A DNA stretch of 64,000 nucleotides from a virus. Below the pieces are notes generated by a model, which ran no database searches, had not been told where the DNA came from, and saw nothing but the letters and a program-made list of their open reading frames with translations. The translations under genes were made by a program, and so were the position numbers. The DNA is taken from IMG/VR virus record IMGVR_UViG_3300007516_000014, positions 5,987 through 69,986 of that record; one strand, written 5' to 3'. The first letter of the stretch is position 1. Each line of letters opens with the position of its first letter. Below are positions 27,401 through 37,314 of the stretch, in pieces.

Positions 27401-28675
27401 GTGCCCATTCTCACTCGTAAGACGATGGTCTACGCCGAGACCGAGTCCACGTACGGCACGGCTGCGGTGATGGCCGACGCCACCAGCCCGATGCTCGTCG
27501 AAGACGCGAGCTTCATGCTCGACATCAACAAGATCGAGCGCAATCCGTACCGCAGCGATCTCGGCAACCTCGCCAGCATCGTCGGTCGCAAGGTCGGCAA
27601 GATGAAGTTCTCGCACGAACTTCGCAACAACGGTGTTGCTGCCACCGAGTGCCGTATCATGCGCCTGATGCGCGGTTGCACGTTGGTCGCCACCAACAAG
27701 GTCGCCGGCTGGGTGGGTGCCTTCATCAGCGCCAACTCGGCTCCGACGACCCCGGTCGTGACCTGGACCAACGGTGGTTCGATCACGATCACCGAGCCCA
27801 AGACGGCGCTCATCAACGTGACGACCGGTGGTGCCACGACCGTGGCCCGCTTCAGCGTCACGTGGGACGACGGCACGGCGACCCAGACCGGCTTGGGTGC
27901 CTCGGGCACTGGCGTCAGCTTGGGCCCTCTGACCCCGACCGGTCTGACGGCCTGCACGTTCATTCCGACCTGGTCCGGCGCGCTCCTGGTGACCCAGGCC
28001 TGGGTGGTCACTGTCTGGCCCATCGGCATCCAGTATCTGCCGTCGAGCATCGCCACGAACTACGCGTCGCTGACGATCAACATGTACAAGGACGGCCTGC
28101 TGCACCAGCTCACCGGTGCGTACGGTACGTTCAAGATCAATGCGCAGGCTGGTCAGCGTGCCATGGTGGAGTTCGAGTTCACGGGCTTCTACACCACGCC
28201 CACGGACGTAGCCTTCCCGGCGAGCCCCATCTTCGAGAGCACGCTGCCTGTCCAGGTCGAACTCGGCCGCCTGCACATGGACAACTTCGGTGTCATGACT
28301 CCGGTCGCGAACACCTGCGCCGTCGATGCCTTCAGCTTCGACATCGGCAACAAGATCGAGCCCCGCTCGTCCATCAACGCCGCGAACGGCTGGACCGGCC
28401 TGGTCGTCTCGGACCGTAACGCCTCTGGTGGTATCGATCCGGAAGCGACCCTGGTTGCTACCCAGGACTTCTGGACCAAGCTGTCGGCTGCCAACCAGAT
28501 GCACTTCGGCATGAAGGTCGGCGTCACGACGGGCAACATCCTCGCCTTCCATGCGCCAGCAGCCCAGTACACCGGGCTGACCTACAAGGACCGTACTGGT
28601 ATTGTGGCGCTCGACGCGGCCATCCAGTTCAATCGCGTGTCGGGCGACGATGAGTTCTTCATCTACTCTTGCTAG
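27401..28675 (+). CDS. Major tail tube protein
   Basis: ESTYGT, IERNPYR, FSFDIGN, GNIL...P..QY, GDDE; precedes chaperones and tape measure. Confidence 0.8.
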   Translation: MPILTRKTMVYAETESTYGTAAVMADATSPMLVEDASFMLDINKIERNPYRSDLGNLASIVGRKVGKMKFSHELRNNGVAATECRIMRLMRGCTLVATNKVAGWVGAFISANSAPTTPVVTWTNGGSITITEPKTALINVTTGGATTVARFSVTWDDGTATQTGLGASGTGVSLGPLTPTGLTACTFIPTWSGALLVTQAWVVTVWPIGIQYLPSSIATNYASLTINMYKDGLLHQLTGAYGTFKINAQAGQRAMVEFEFTGFYTTPTDVAFPASPIFESTLPVQVELGRLHMDNFGVMTPVANTCAVDAFSFDIGNKIEPRSSINAANGWTGLVVSDRNASGGIDPEATLVATQDFWTKLSAANQMHFGMKVGVTTGNILAFHAPAAQYTGLTYKDRTGIVALDAAIQFNRVSGDDEFFIYSC

Positions 28676-28736
28676 AAGTGTCTAGCCGGCCCCTTAGAAG
28701 GTTAGGTACTGGGTTCCTGACAAGGAGCTAAAACTT

Positions 28737-28771
28737 GGGGCTGTGCAATCAATTGCACAGCCTCTCTTTTT
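28737..28771 (+). terminator. Terminator-like hairpin built on the 16-bp palindrome
   Basis: GGGGCTGTGCAAT-CA-ATTGCACAGCCTC followed by TCTTTTT. Confidence 0.55.
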
Positions 28772-28781
28772 GGGGGACGCC

Positions 28782-28958
28782 ATGAGTTTCGAGGTCAAAA
28801 TCTACGTCGTTCAGGCGGAAGATGGTCGGCTCTTGAGTGCCAAATTGACCCGCGAAGCTGCCCAGACCATCGCCCGGCTGAATGCTCCGGCTCGCGTGAC
28901 GGTGATGCTGGCCGACAAAGTGGTGGCAGCGGAGAACCAGAGCCGCCGGACGGCGTAG
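28782..28958 (+). CDS. Small hypothetical protein
   Basis: GGGGGA SD before ATG 28782. Confidence 0.55.
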   Translation: MSFEVKIYVVQAEDGRLLSAKLTREAAQTIARLNAPARVTVMLADKVVAAENQSRRTA

Positions 28959-29022
28959 TTCCACGGGCAGGGCCGGTTATGTTGAGTATACCGTAACAGC
29001 ATCTCTGAAGGAGAAGCAGATC

Positions 29023-29460
29023 ATGGCCATCGCAGCCCTCACAATGTCCGCCGTGAAGACCATCGAGTCCGTCCTCGATCCGGCCAAGGGCACGCCCGAC
29101 GCGACGAAGTTCACCATCGGCGCTATCGACACGTTCGTCTGGACTTACGTCCACGACCGGACCCTGGTGTTCGGCGAGAACGAAGAGACCGGCAAGCAGA
29201 CCGCCCAGGTCAAGCTCAACGAAGTCAATCTGGAGCTGGTCCGTTTCGGTCTCAAGGACTGGGCCAATTTCAAGGACGAGAAGGGCAACGACGTCGAGTT
29301 CAAGACGGTCGAGCGCTTCGTCATGGGCAAGAAGTACCAGGTGGTTGCCGACGACTGCTTGCTCCGGTTCGACGTCATGCTGGTCCGCGAGATCGCCAAC
29401 GCCATCCGCGACATCAACGAGGTCAAGGAGATCGACGCGGGGAAATCCGAGGCGGCGTAA
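29023..29460 (+). CDS. Tail assembly chaperone (G-like)
   Basis: LVRFGLKDWANFKD; position between tail tube and tape measure. Confidence 0.75.
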   Translation: MAIAALTMSAVKTIESVLDPAKGTPDATKFTIGAIDTFVWTYVHDRTLVFGENEETGKQTAQVKLNEVNLELVRFGLKDWANFKDEKGNDVEFKTVERFVMGKKYQVVADDCLLRFDVMLVREIANAIRDINEVKEIDAGKSEAA

Positions 29461-29471
29461 TCGCGCTCGTC

Positions 29472-29804
29472 ATGTATCCGGAGCGGGTTTGTTCGACCTG
29501 CACCGACCGGAACAAGAAGGAGTGGGGTTGCGACGCTAAGCAAGACGAGAACGGTGTGTGGACCAACAGGTCCATGATGCCTGAACGCATTGACGACGTA
29601 GACACCTGGGTGTGTCCGCGTCGTCCGATCAAAGACGAACCGTTTATGTTCGGCGAGATCATGAGTTTGTACAGCCTCTACAAAGAAGGCGTGTTGGCCA
29701 ATGAGGGCTCGATCACTTCGCAAGCCCTTAGATACGTAACGACGATGCGGCTGGTAGCCGGGACTGTTTCCGAATGCCAGGCGGTTAAGATGGAAGACAC
29801 CTAA
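29472..29804 (+). CDS. Second tail chaperone segment (T-like), possibly reached by -1 frameshift
   Basis: Cys-rich, CPRR, GVL..EG...Q; the -1 frame is open back through GGGGAAAT at 29439. Confidence 0.65.
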   Translation: MYPERVCSTCTDRNKKEWGCDAKQDENGVWTNRSMMPERIDDVDTWVCPRRPIKDEPFMFGEIMSLYSLYKEGVLANEGSITSQALRYVTTMRLVAGTVSECQAVKMEDT

Positions 29805-32800
29805 ATGGCCGACAGCGACCAGCTGCTATTCATCCTCAAAATGAGGGACGAGGCTTCTTCAGTACTGAAGCAGGCCACAGCAGCGGTGAAAGACCACGGT
29901 AAGGCGCACGAAGAAAGCGCAAGGCACGTTGGTACTTGGCGCGGCCTGATTTCCCATGCCACGGGAAATGCCGGCACGTTTGGCGGAGCGGTCCGGAACG
30001 TCGCCAGCAGCATGATCTCGCTGGGTGCCCCTATCGCTGGTGGTATCCTGGCCGCTCACTCGTTGGAAGCGGCGTATGCTGGTGTCGTACGTGTATTCAA
30101 GGAGATGATCAGCAACACGGTTGATTACGAGAAGTCGCAAAAGGCCCTTGGTATGGCCATGCGGGTGACCGGAAATGCCGTAGGTATGACGAAGTCTGAA
30201 GTTAACGAAGTCGTTGACAAGCAGTCGCAGGGCACACTGACCGACGACACGGATGTTCGTAACGCTGCGGCGAAGCTCATGATTATGGGCCGAGTCACGA
30301 ACGAGACGTTCAAGCCCGCTATGGACATGTCCGTCCAGCTGTCCAAGGTCATGGGTGGCGATCTGGTTTCCGCCTCCCGCATGCTGGCCCGAGCCCTGGC
30401 TGATCCAGAGCGCGGCATGAGTATGCTGCGTCGTGCGGGCATCATGCTCAACGAGGCGGAGAAAGAACGCATCAAGCTGATGGGCATCAGCGGTGGGCGT
30501 TCCGCCGCTCAGGCCGAAGCCTTGCGCATCCTGGCTGAGCGCCTTGGAACTTCGGACAATTCCGCCGTGGGCAAGGGGCTGAGTGGTGCTCTAAAGCAGG
30601 CCGCCTTTGCCTGGGACGAGTTTCTCGACCAGTTCAACGACAGCATTCTGTCAAAGGCCACTGAGCAATTGATCAAGCTGACGGCCGAAGGCGTCAACAT
30701 GATCACGTTCTTCAACAAGTCACCTACCGCTCCCGACACGGAGACGGACCTGGACGAGAAGATCGCCAAGCAGCGTAAGTACGTGGAGCAGCTCAAGGCG
30801 ATACAGAACCCGAATGCACAGGTACGCAATGTCGCCATACCCGGCGCGATAGCAGCGCTGGTCAGTCTCGAAGAACGCCTGAACAAGGTAGCGGAGGCGA
30901 GCAAGAAAGCCTTCGATGTGGGCGAAGCGACTGCGTTCAAAAACATGATGGACGAGTTGTCCAACGGAGTGACCAAACTCGGTGTCGCGTATGACGACAC
31001 GACCGGTAAAATGGTGGAGAGTGCTGCTAAACAGGCGGACGGTGCCGTCGACCGGGCCAAGGCAATCTACGCAGCAGCTTCTAAGAGACTGACTGAGGTT
31101 AGCAACGACAGTACTGGGTTTTATTCCCGCGCTGATCTCAACAAGGCCAGGCAAAGTATTGAGGAGGCGAACAACCTGCTTACTGGGGCCGAAGAGGCCG
31201 CCAAAAAAGCGGGTGCGACTCGCGCCGCTACCGCCAAAGATGAAGACGCTTTGGAGATCGCGCGCACGGCGCAGAGCCAGAGGCGTATTAAAGCGGCCGA
31301 GCAAGAAGCTAAGGCGCGGATGGGAGCCCTTGGCTTCAAGGCGGGTGACGCGGCTTACGATACCGAGGTTTTGAGGGCCAAAGGCGACGCTGCCAAAAAG
31401 ATAGCCTTGGAATTTGCCGACGTGAATGCGGCGACGTCACGTGAAGTCCAGTATCAGATGGACCTGGCGAAGGCCTATGGTGTGTCCACACAGGCCGCCA
31501 ATAATCTCATCAATGTGCAGAAGTCTAAGGAGGCCCAGGCCACCGGAAAGGGCAATCCGGACGCCGACGATGCTCAAACGCTAGAGTTCATGAAGAACTA
31601 CGTGAAGCTGTCGGCCGATCTCCGCAAAGAGCAGGAGGCCATGCCAGACCTGGCGGCGGCTGCCGCAGCGGCGAAGGACCCGGTTGAGGCGTTTTGGAAC
31701 GGCATCGTTGCCACTGTGACGGCCAAGCAGCGTGAACTCGCCGCCCTCGCGGTGACGGGTGACGAGGGCCAGCAGGAGATGGCCAAGAAGAAGGGTGAGG
31801 AGCTTTTACAGTCTGCCAGACAGGCCGCCGCTTTGAAGTTGCAGCAGTCCTCGAACGAGGCTGCCGCGTCGTTGCGCACCGACATTGAACTCAATGAACG
31901 CAAGATCAGCGTAGCCGGGCAGAGCCAGGTACAGCAGGACATCGCCGTTGGCCTGCTTGCGGTGGAGATAGACCGCCGCCGTATGCTAAAAGTAGCCATA
32001 GACGGGCAGCTGTCGTCTCAGGAGGAGTTGGACCTTTCGAAGCGCCGAGAAGCGGTGACCGCCAAGGCCAATTCAGACGAGGACGCCCGTCGAGCCAATG
32101 GTCCGATGGCTCAGTACATTCAGAGCAGCAAAGACCAGTTTGCCGACTATGAGAATGCCGGGGTCAAGGCATTCCACGGCGTCGAAGAAGCCATGGCCGA
32201 TGCACTGGACGGCACCAAGAGCATTGGCGAGTCCATGCACGGTGTCATCAAGGCGATGATCCACGACCTGGAGGTCTTGGCCATCCGTCGTATGGTGATA
32301 GGCCCTATAGCTGACAGTCTGTTTGGCGGTGGCGGCGGTAGCGGGGGTGGAGGCGGCGGGGGCGGCATGCTGGGCGGCATCCTGGCCAAGGGCGCTGGCA
32401 TGTTCATGGGTATGTTCGCCGATGGTGGCGTCATGACCAAGGATGGTCCGATCCCGCTGCGCAAGTACTCCACTGGTGGTATCGCGAACAGCCCGCAGAT
32501 GGCCATGTTCGGAGAAGGCTCGGTTCCGGAGGCGTATGTCCCGGTTCCCAGCGGACGTATCCCGGTCGAACTGCGCATGCAGGCCGGGCCGTCGATGAAC
32601 GACCACAGCGTGGAGACCGTCAAGAACGTCGTGCAGTCGGCGGTCGATCACCTGACCAACGTCTTCCAGACGAGCAACGTGTCGAATTCCTCGGTGTCCA
32701 ACAGCGTCTCGAACGTGAGTGCGCCGGCTGGAGCGGTGACGGCCAACGTCGAGATCGACGGCCTGGATGCCCTGTTTTCGTGGGTGCAGAAGACCGTTAC

Positions 32801-33569
32801 TTCGGCCGCCCCGCAGGCGATCCTCACGCAGGTCCTGCCGCAGGCAGATCCCGTGCAATCAGTTGCACAGCAGCGCGCGGCTGACGTCACGACCACGAAC
32901 AACGCTGTGTCGGTCCTGAAGGAAGTCCGCGACCTTCGACAGTCCACCCTGAACAAGACCGGTTACAACACGTCGGTCGTCACGAACATCGAGGGAGACC
33001 GCGACAACAGCACGTCGCTGCGCAAGCTGGTAGACGAACGCCGCTCGGATCGCTCGACCCAGTCGGACAAGTCTTCGTCCAGCACCAGCCGCGCATCTCT
33101 GACGTCTGTAGCCCGCAGCACGTTTAGTGACATGGCCCAGTCGATTGTCGACCAGACCATCAGCAACAAGTCGACGGTCAAGGAGACGATCCGCGACCGC
33201 GAGAACGTCTCCGTCAAGAACAAGGGGTCGGATCGAGATGTACCGAGGGGTGTCACGCCGACGTTCTCAGCGGTGCCTGATCCGCAATTGACGCCATACG
33301 TCCCGTCTATGCAGGCCGGGCGTATCCCGGTTGGCTTGCGTGGCGGCGGTGCCAGCAACGCGTCGATCACGACCAACGTGACTGTGAACATGCCTGTATC
33401 CAGCGGCGGTGGCAGCTCAGGCGGCAACAAGAATGGCGGCTTCGATAGCCGCGCGCAGTCCCAGGAGCTGGGCGCACTGGTTACCGCGATGGTCAACAAG
33501 AACCTGACGGACCAGATGCGACCAGGCGGCATCCTGAACCCGAACGGCTCTAATCGCGGCGGTATGTAA
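29805..33569 (+). CDS. Tape measure protein
   Basis: 1254 aa Ala-rich helical; LARALADP..G; C-terminal FADGG, GEG..PEA and QMRPGGIL as in lambda-type TMPs. Confidence 0.92.
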   Translation: MADSDQLLFILKMRDEASSVLKQATAAVKDHGKAHEESARHVGTWRGLISHATGNAGTFGGAVRNVASSMISLGAPIAGGILAAHSLEAAYAGVVRVFKEMISNTVDYEKSQKALGMAMRVTGNAVGMTKSEVNEVVDKQSQGTLTDDTDVRNAAAKLMIMGRVTNETFKPAMDMSVQLSKVMGGDLVSASRMLARALADPERGMSMLRRAGIMLNEAEKERIKLMGISGGRSAAQAEALRILAERLGTSDNSAVGKGLSGALKQAAFAWDEFLDQFNDSILSKATEQLIKLTAEGVNMITFFNKSPTAPDTETDLDEKIAKQRKYVEQLKAIQNPNAQVRNVAIPGAIAALVSLEERLNKVAEASKKAFDVGEATAFKNMMDELSNGVTKLGVAYDDTTGKMVESAAKQADGAVDRAKAIYAAASKRLTEVSNDSTGFYSRADLNKARQSIEEANNLLTGAEEAAKKAGATRAATAKDEDALEIARTAQSQRRIKAAEQEAKARMGALGFKAGDAAYDTEVLRAKGDAAKKIALEFADVNAATSREVQYQMDLAKAYGVSTQAANNLINVQKSKEAQATGKGNPDADDAQTLEFMKNYVKLSADLRKEQEAMPDLAAAAAAAKDPVEAFWNGIVATVTAKQRELAALAVTGDEGQQEMAKKKGEELLQSARQAAALKLQQSSNEAAASLRTDIELNERKISVAGQSQVQQDIAVGLLAVEIDRRRMLKVAIDGQLSSQEELDLSKRREAVTAKANSDEDARRANGPMAQYIQSSKDQFADYENAGVKAFHGVEEAMADALDGTKSIGESMHGVIKAMIHDLEVLAIRRMVIGPIADSLFGGGGGSGGGGGGGGMLGGILAKGAGMFMGMFADGGVMTKDGPIPLRKYSTGGIANSPQMAMFGEGSVPEAYVPVPSGRIPVELRMQAGPSMNDHSVETVKNVVQSAVDHLTNVFQTSNVSNSSVSNSVSNVSAPAGAVTANVEIDGLDALFSWVQKTVTSAAPQAILTQVLPQADPVQSVAQQRAADVTTTNNAVSVLKEVRDLRQSTLNKTGYNTSVVTNIEGDRDNSTSLRKLVDERRSDRSTQSDKSSSSTSRASLTSVARSTFSDMAQSIVDQTISNKSTVKETIRDRENVSVKNKGSDRDVPRGVTPTFSAVPDPQLTPYVPSMQAGRIPVGLRGGGASNASITTNVTVNMPVSSGGGSSGGNKNGGFDSRAQSQELGALVTAMVNKNLTDQMRPGGILNPNGSNRGGM

Positions 33570-34429
33570 TGACAACTCTCAACTTCCCTGCAATTGATTG
33601 CACTTTCGGTACGCCGGTCAACATCAAGCCGCGTACCATCGACAATGAATACGGTAACGGATACCGCCAGTCTGTAGGCGACGGCTTCAATACGATGCCC
33701 GAGACCTGGTCAGTGTCGTGGGATAACGTGACGTGGAATGACGCCCAGGCCGTCAACACGTTCCTGAAGAACTGCGGTGGCACGTTGGCCTTCAACTGGG
33801 TGCCGCCCGACTGTGGCCTGAACCAGCTTCTGTACACGCAGCAGATAGACCTGTGGACGCTGAACGCGGCGACCATCACCGCCGACGCAGTAGACGGACC
33901 TCTCGGCACGATCCTCGACGCCGACAAGCTGTGCGAGACTACCGCAACCGCCGAGCATTATGCCAAGCAGGCCATTCCGGGTGCCCTGACCATCGGCAAC
34001 AAATGGTATGTCTCGGCATACGCCAAGCAAGCGGAGCGCTCGAAGCTGTTCATCACCATGACAGGGGAAGGTTACTCAGTATTCGACCTGTCGGCTGGCA
34101 CGATCACGCAGGCGGGTGGCAACACCTGTTTGATCCAGAACATGGGTGGCGGTTGGTTCTGGTGCGCCGCACGTATCACCAAGACGAACACCAGCTCAGA
34201 TGTGTTCATCGGAAATTGGACGACGGTCAGCAGTTATCTGGGAGTGCTCGGCAGTGGTTTGTACCTTTGGGGTGCCCAGGCCGACCTGTCCGACACTTTG
34301 CGGGCGTACAAAAAGAACACGACGGCTCTAAATAACAACCAGTTTGTCTGTAAGAACTGGTCCGTAGAGAAAATGTCAGCGGCGACTGGTACTGTACGGG
34401 CAGAATTCAAACAGGTGTTCGACCTCTAG
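33569..34429 (+). CDS. Minor tail protein M-like (distal tail) with inserted beta-sandwich domain
   Basis: EYGNGYRQ..DGFN, FLK..GG..AFNWVPP, AEFKQVFD, split by an insert of about 170 aa. Confidence 0.85.
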   Translation: MTTLNFPAIDCTFGTPVNIKPRTIDNEYGNGYRQSVGDGFNTMPETWSVSWDNVTWNDAQAVNTFLKNCGGTLAFNWVPPDCGLNQLLYTQQIDLWTLNAATITADAVDGPLGTILDADKLCETTATAEHYAKQAIPGALTIGNKWYVSAYAKQAERSKLFITMTGEGYSVFDLSAGTITQAGGNTCLIQNMGGGWFWCAARITKTNTSSDVFIGNWTTVSSYLGVLGSGLYLWGAQADLSDTLRAYKKNTTALNNNQFVCKNWSVEKMSAATGTVRAEFKQVFDL

Positions 34430-34456
34430 TCGGGCTGCCTGACCCAAGGAGGGGTT

Positions 34457-36196
34457 ATGGCTTTCATCAACAAGGCGCGCGTCAAGGACACAACGTCGAC
34501 CACGGGCAACGGCCCGTACACGATGATCGGCACGTCCGTGACGAATTTCCAGAACATCGTCACCGCGATGGCCATCGGCGACACGGCCTATGTCATGATG
34601 GTGAACCGGAGCGCCGGCGAGTGGATGGGCGCGTACATGACCCGTACCGACTCTACGCTGGTCTACAACTCACTCGTCGAAAGTTCGACCGGCGCACGCA
34701 TCACCTTCGGCGCGGGGATCAAAGACTGCTACATTTACGATCCTGCGGCCATATCGGGCAGTCTCAAGACGATTGTCGGCTTGACGGTCGACAGCACCGA
34801 CTTCACGACCAGCCAGCTCACATTGCGAGGCGCGCGTGCCGCAGTTGGTGCAGGCATAACCGTCGCCATGCTAGGTGGCATCAACTTCGACAGCAATGAC
34901 ACTTCCATCGTCTCCATTCTGGGTGCCACGGTTGCCTCCATCCGTGCCATCGCAACGGGCAACCACAACGTAAGCAGCCTCCCGACCGTGCTTGTGTTCT
35001 ACGCCACTGCGGCGGCCCTGATTGTTCCGGAGGAGGTACTGCGCCTCGCCACCCCCAGCAGCACGTTCAGCTCGAATGTGATTGTGGCATCCGGCGAACG
35101 CGTCGTGTTGGGGCCAACGATCAGCGCATCCACCCTGTTGTATATATCCAGCCCCATCGTGGGGGCCACTACCTCGTACGGTATGTATGTAAACTCTGTC
35201 GTGCAGGACACGGTCGCGACCGCATACGCCCACCGCACATTACTGGCCACTTTGGCCGCAGCCTTCACACTGGCCAATATGCACCATTATTCGACGGCCC
35301 AAGGAACGATTGGTGTGGGGTCGGTGGTCACCCACCAAACCGGGTTCTACGTAGACCCCTCTTTGGTTGGCGCGACCAATAATTATGGCTTTTTTAGCAA
35401 CATCCCCACGGCGACCAATCGCTGGAATGTTTATGCGGCCGGCACCGCGTGGAACTACTTCGCCGGCAGCGTGGGCATCGGCAGCACCGCTCTCACGCAG
35501 TTCAGCTTGCGCGTCACCCAGAGCATCGTCGGCTCGACCACGGCGTACGGTATCGCTGTGGATGCTACCGTGGCCAGTACCGTGACTTTGGCGGCCTACG
35601 CGCACCACTCGTCGGTCACCACGTCAGCAGCGGCCTTCACGCTCACGACTCTGGCGCACTACGTCGTGGTGTCTCCGGCGAAGGGTGCGGGATCGACGAT
35701 CACCAACCAGTACGGCTTCCACGTCACTGCGGCCATGACGACGGGAACGAACAACTACGCCTTCTCAAGTCTTCTTGCCGCTGCTACCGGCGTCTGGAAT
35801 ATCTACGCTAGCGGTACTGCACAGAACGCGCTCGCCGGCCTGACTCGATTTGGTGGTGTTACGGTCCCCGTCAATACGGTGGACATCACCGGCAGCTTTG
35901 GTCGTGGCGCACCGGTTACAAAAGCGGCCGACTTCACGCTGGCCGTTACTGAAAACTGGATCATCAATAACAAGGCAGCGGCGACCTGTACCGCCACCCT
36001 GCCTGCCGCCTCGACATGTCTTGGTAGAGAAATCGCCATCCTGAATTACGTGGCTTTCACCGTGGTATCGGCGTCCGCGAATGTAGTGCCTTTGGGTGGC
36101 GGCGCTGCTGCTACGGCTATCTTGGCGGGTACTGTTGGCAAATGGGCCATACTTGTTTCTGACGGCACCAATTGGGTGATTATGGCTGCTGGCTAA
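34457..36196 (+). CDS. Tail fibre protein
   Basis: RVKDTTSTTG N-terminus, internal repeat, C-terminal LVSDGTNW. Confidence 0.75.
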   Translation: MAFINKARVKDTTSTTGNGPYTMIGTSVTNFQNIVTAMAIGDTAYVMMVNRSAGEWMGAYMTRTDSTLVYNSLVESSTGARITFGAGIKDCYIYDPAAISGSLKTIVGLTVDSTDFTTSQLTLRGARAAVGAGITVAMLGGINFDSNDTSIVSILGATVASIRAIATGNHNVSSLPTVLVFYATAAALIVPEEVLRLATPSSTFSSNVIVASGERVVLGPTISASTLLYISSPIVGATTSYGMYVNSVVQDTVATAYAHRTLLATLAAAFTLANMHHYSTAQGTIGVGSVVTHQTGFYVDPSLVGATNNYGFFSNIPTATNRWNVYAAGTAWNYFAGSVGIGSTALTQFSLRVTQSIVGSTTAYGIAVDATVASTVTLAAYAHHSSVTTSAAAFTLTTLAHYVVVSPAKGAGSTITNQYGFHVTAAMTTGTNNYAFSSLLAAATGVWNIYASGTAQNALAGLTRFGGVTVPVNTVDITGSFGRGAPVTKAADFTLAVTENWIINNKAAATCTATLPAASTCLGREIAILNYVAFTVVSASANVVPLGGGAAATAILAGTVGKWAILVSDGTNWVIMAAG

Positions 36197-36229
36197 TCTT
36201 TCAACGAATTCGATCAAGGAGGATCGATT

Positions 36230-36556
36230 ATGGCTACCGTCTACAAGTGGAACTTCTACGAGTTCGATTGCGACCCTCTCGTCGGCAACATGGTGAACGT
36301 GGTTCGCGCCATTCACTGGCGTTATTCGGCCATCGAGGGCAACGCCACGGTCGATATTGCCGGATGCACGGGGCTGGCTCTGCCCACGACCGAGGACGGT
36401 TTCGTGGCGTACGAGAACATCACGGAAGCGTGGTGCCAGAACATCGTGGAGGGCGATGCGGACAAGCTGGCCATCGTGCGTGCCGACCTGGACGCGCAGC
36501 TGGCCACTCTCCTGGTGCCTGCATCCGTGCCAATGGCACCTCCGTTCGGCGAGTAA
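36230..36556 (+). CDS. Tail fibre-associated small protein
   Basis: NVV..IHWRY, FVAYENITE..C pattern; position after the fibre gene. Confidence 0.6.
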   Translation: MATVYKWNFYEFDCDPLVGNMVNVVRAIHWRYSAIEGNATVDIAGCTGLALPTTEDGFVAYENITEAWCQNIVEGDADKLAIVRADLDAQLATLLVPASVPMAPPFGE

Positions 36557-36561
36557 CTTAG

Positions 36562-37314
36562 ATGTACGGCGTAGCAGCTATTGGAACGCTTGCTATCGGT
36601 GACTTCATCAGCACCGCTAGCTCACTTGCGTCCGACGCCCAGTCGTTTGCGCCGGGTGATATTGTTACGCTGTATGACATCGACACGACGCCCATCGGCG
36701 GCACCGACATCTGGTATTTCTGCTCTGGCCTGATCGATGGCGTTGCGCCGCAATGGAAGGGGAACACGTACGTACCGTTCCCGATTGAGGCTTCGGGCTT
36801 CGAGTGGACTGGTCGCGGCGCGCTGCCTCGTCCGAAGATCACCGTAGCGAATGCCGGCACAAACCTGCTTAGCTCAGTCATCCAGTATCACGATCTGCTG
36901 GGCGTGAAGGTTACGCGCTGGAAGACCCTGGCCAAGTACCTGGACGGCCAGCCGAACGCCGATCCTGAAGCCTACTTCGTTCCCGACATTTATTTCGTCG
37001 ACCGAAAGTCCGGCCACACGAAGACGATGATCGAGTTCGAGCTAGCGGCGTCCCTGGATCAGCAGGGCGTCATGCTGCCTTCCCGCCAGGTCATCCGCGA
37101 CAGCTGCACCTGGACGTATCGCCAGTATGTGAACGGGGAGTTCGTCTACGGCAGCTGCCCGTACGCTGGGACGACCTACCTGACCGTGGCGGGGTACGCC
37201 ACCACAGAGAGTGGTGACGTGTGCCCGAAGTCGGTCGTAGGATGCAAGGCGCGCTTCGGTGACGACGCTGATCTGCCCTATGGCGGCTTTCCCTCAGTTT
37301 CACGGGTGCGGTGA
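36562..37314 (+). CDS. Minor tail protein L-like
   Basis: PFPIEASGFE, PRPKITVAN, YLD..NADP, CTWTYR, C...C..RFG, YGGFP. Confidence 0.92.
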   Translation: MYGVAAIGTLAIGDFISTASSLASDAQSFAPGDIVTLYDIDTTPIGGTDIWYFCSGLIDGVAPQWKGNTYVPFPIEASGFEWTGRGALPRPKITVANAGTNLLSSVIQYHDLLGVKVTRWKTLAKYLDGQPNADPEAYFVPDIYFVDRKSGHTKTMIEFELAASLDQQGVMLPSRQVIRDSCTWTYRQYVNGEFVYGSCPYAGTTYLTVAGYATTESGDVCPKSVVGCKARFGDDADLPYGGFPSVSRVR

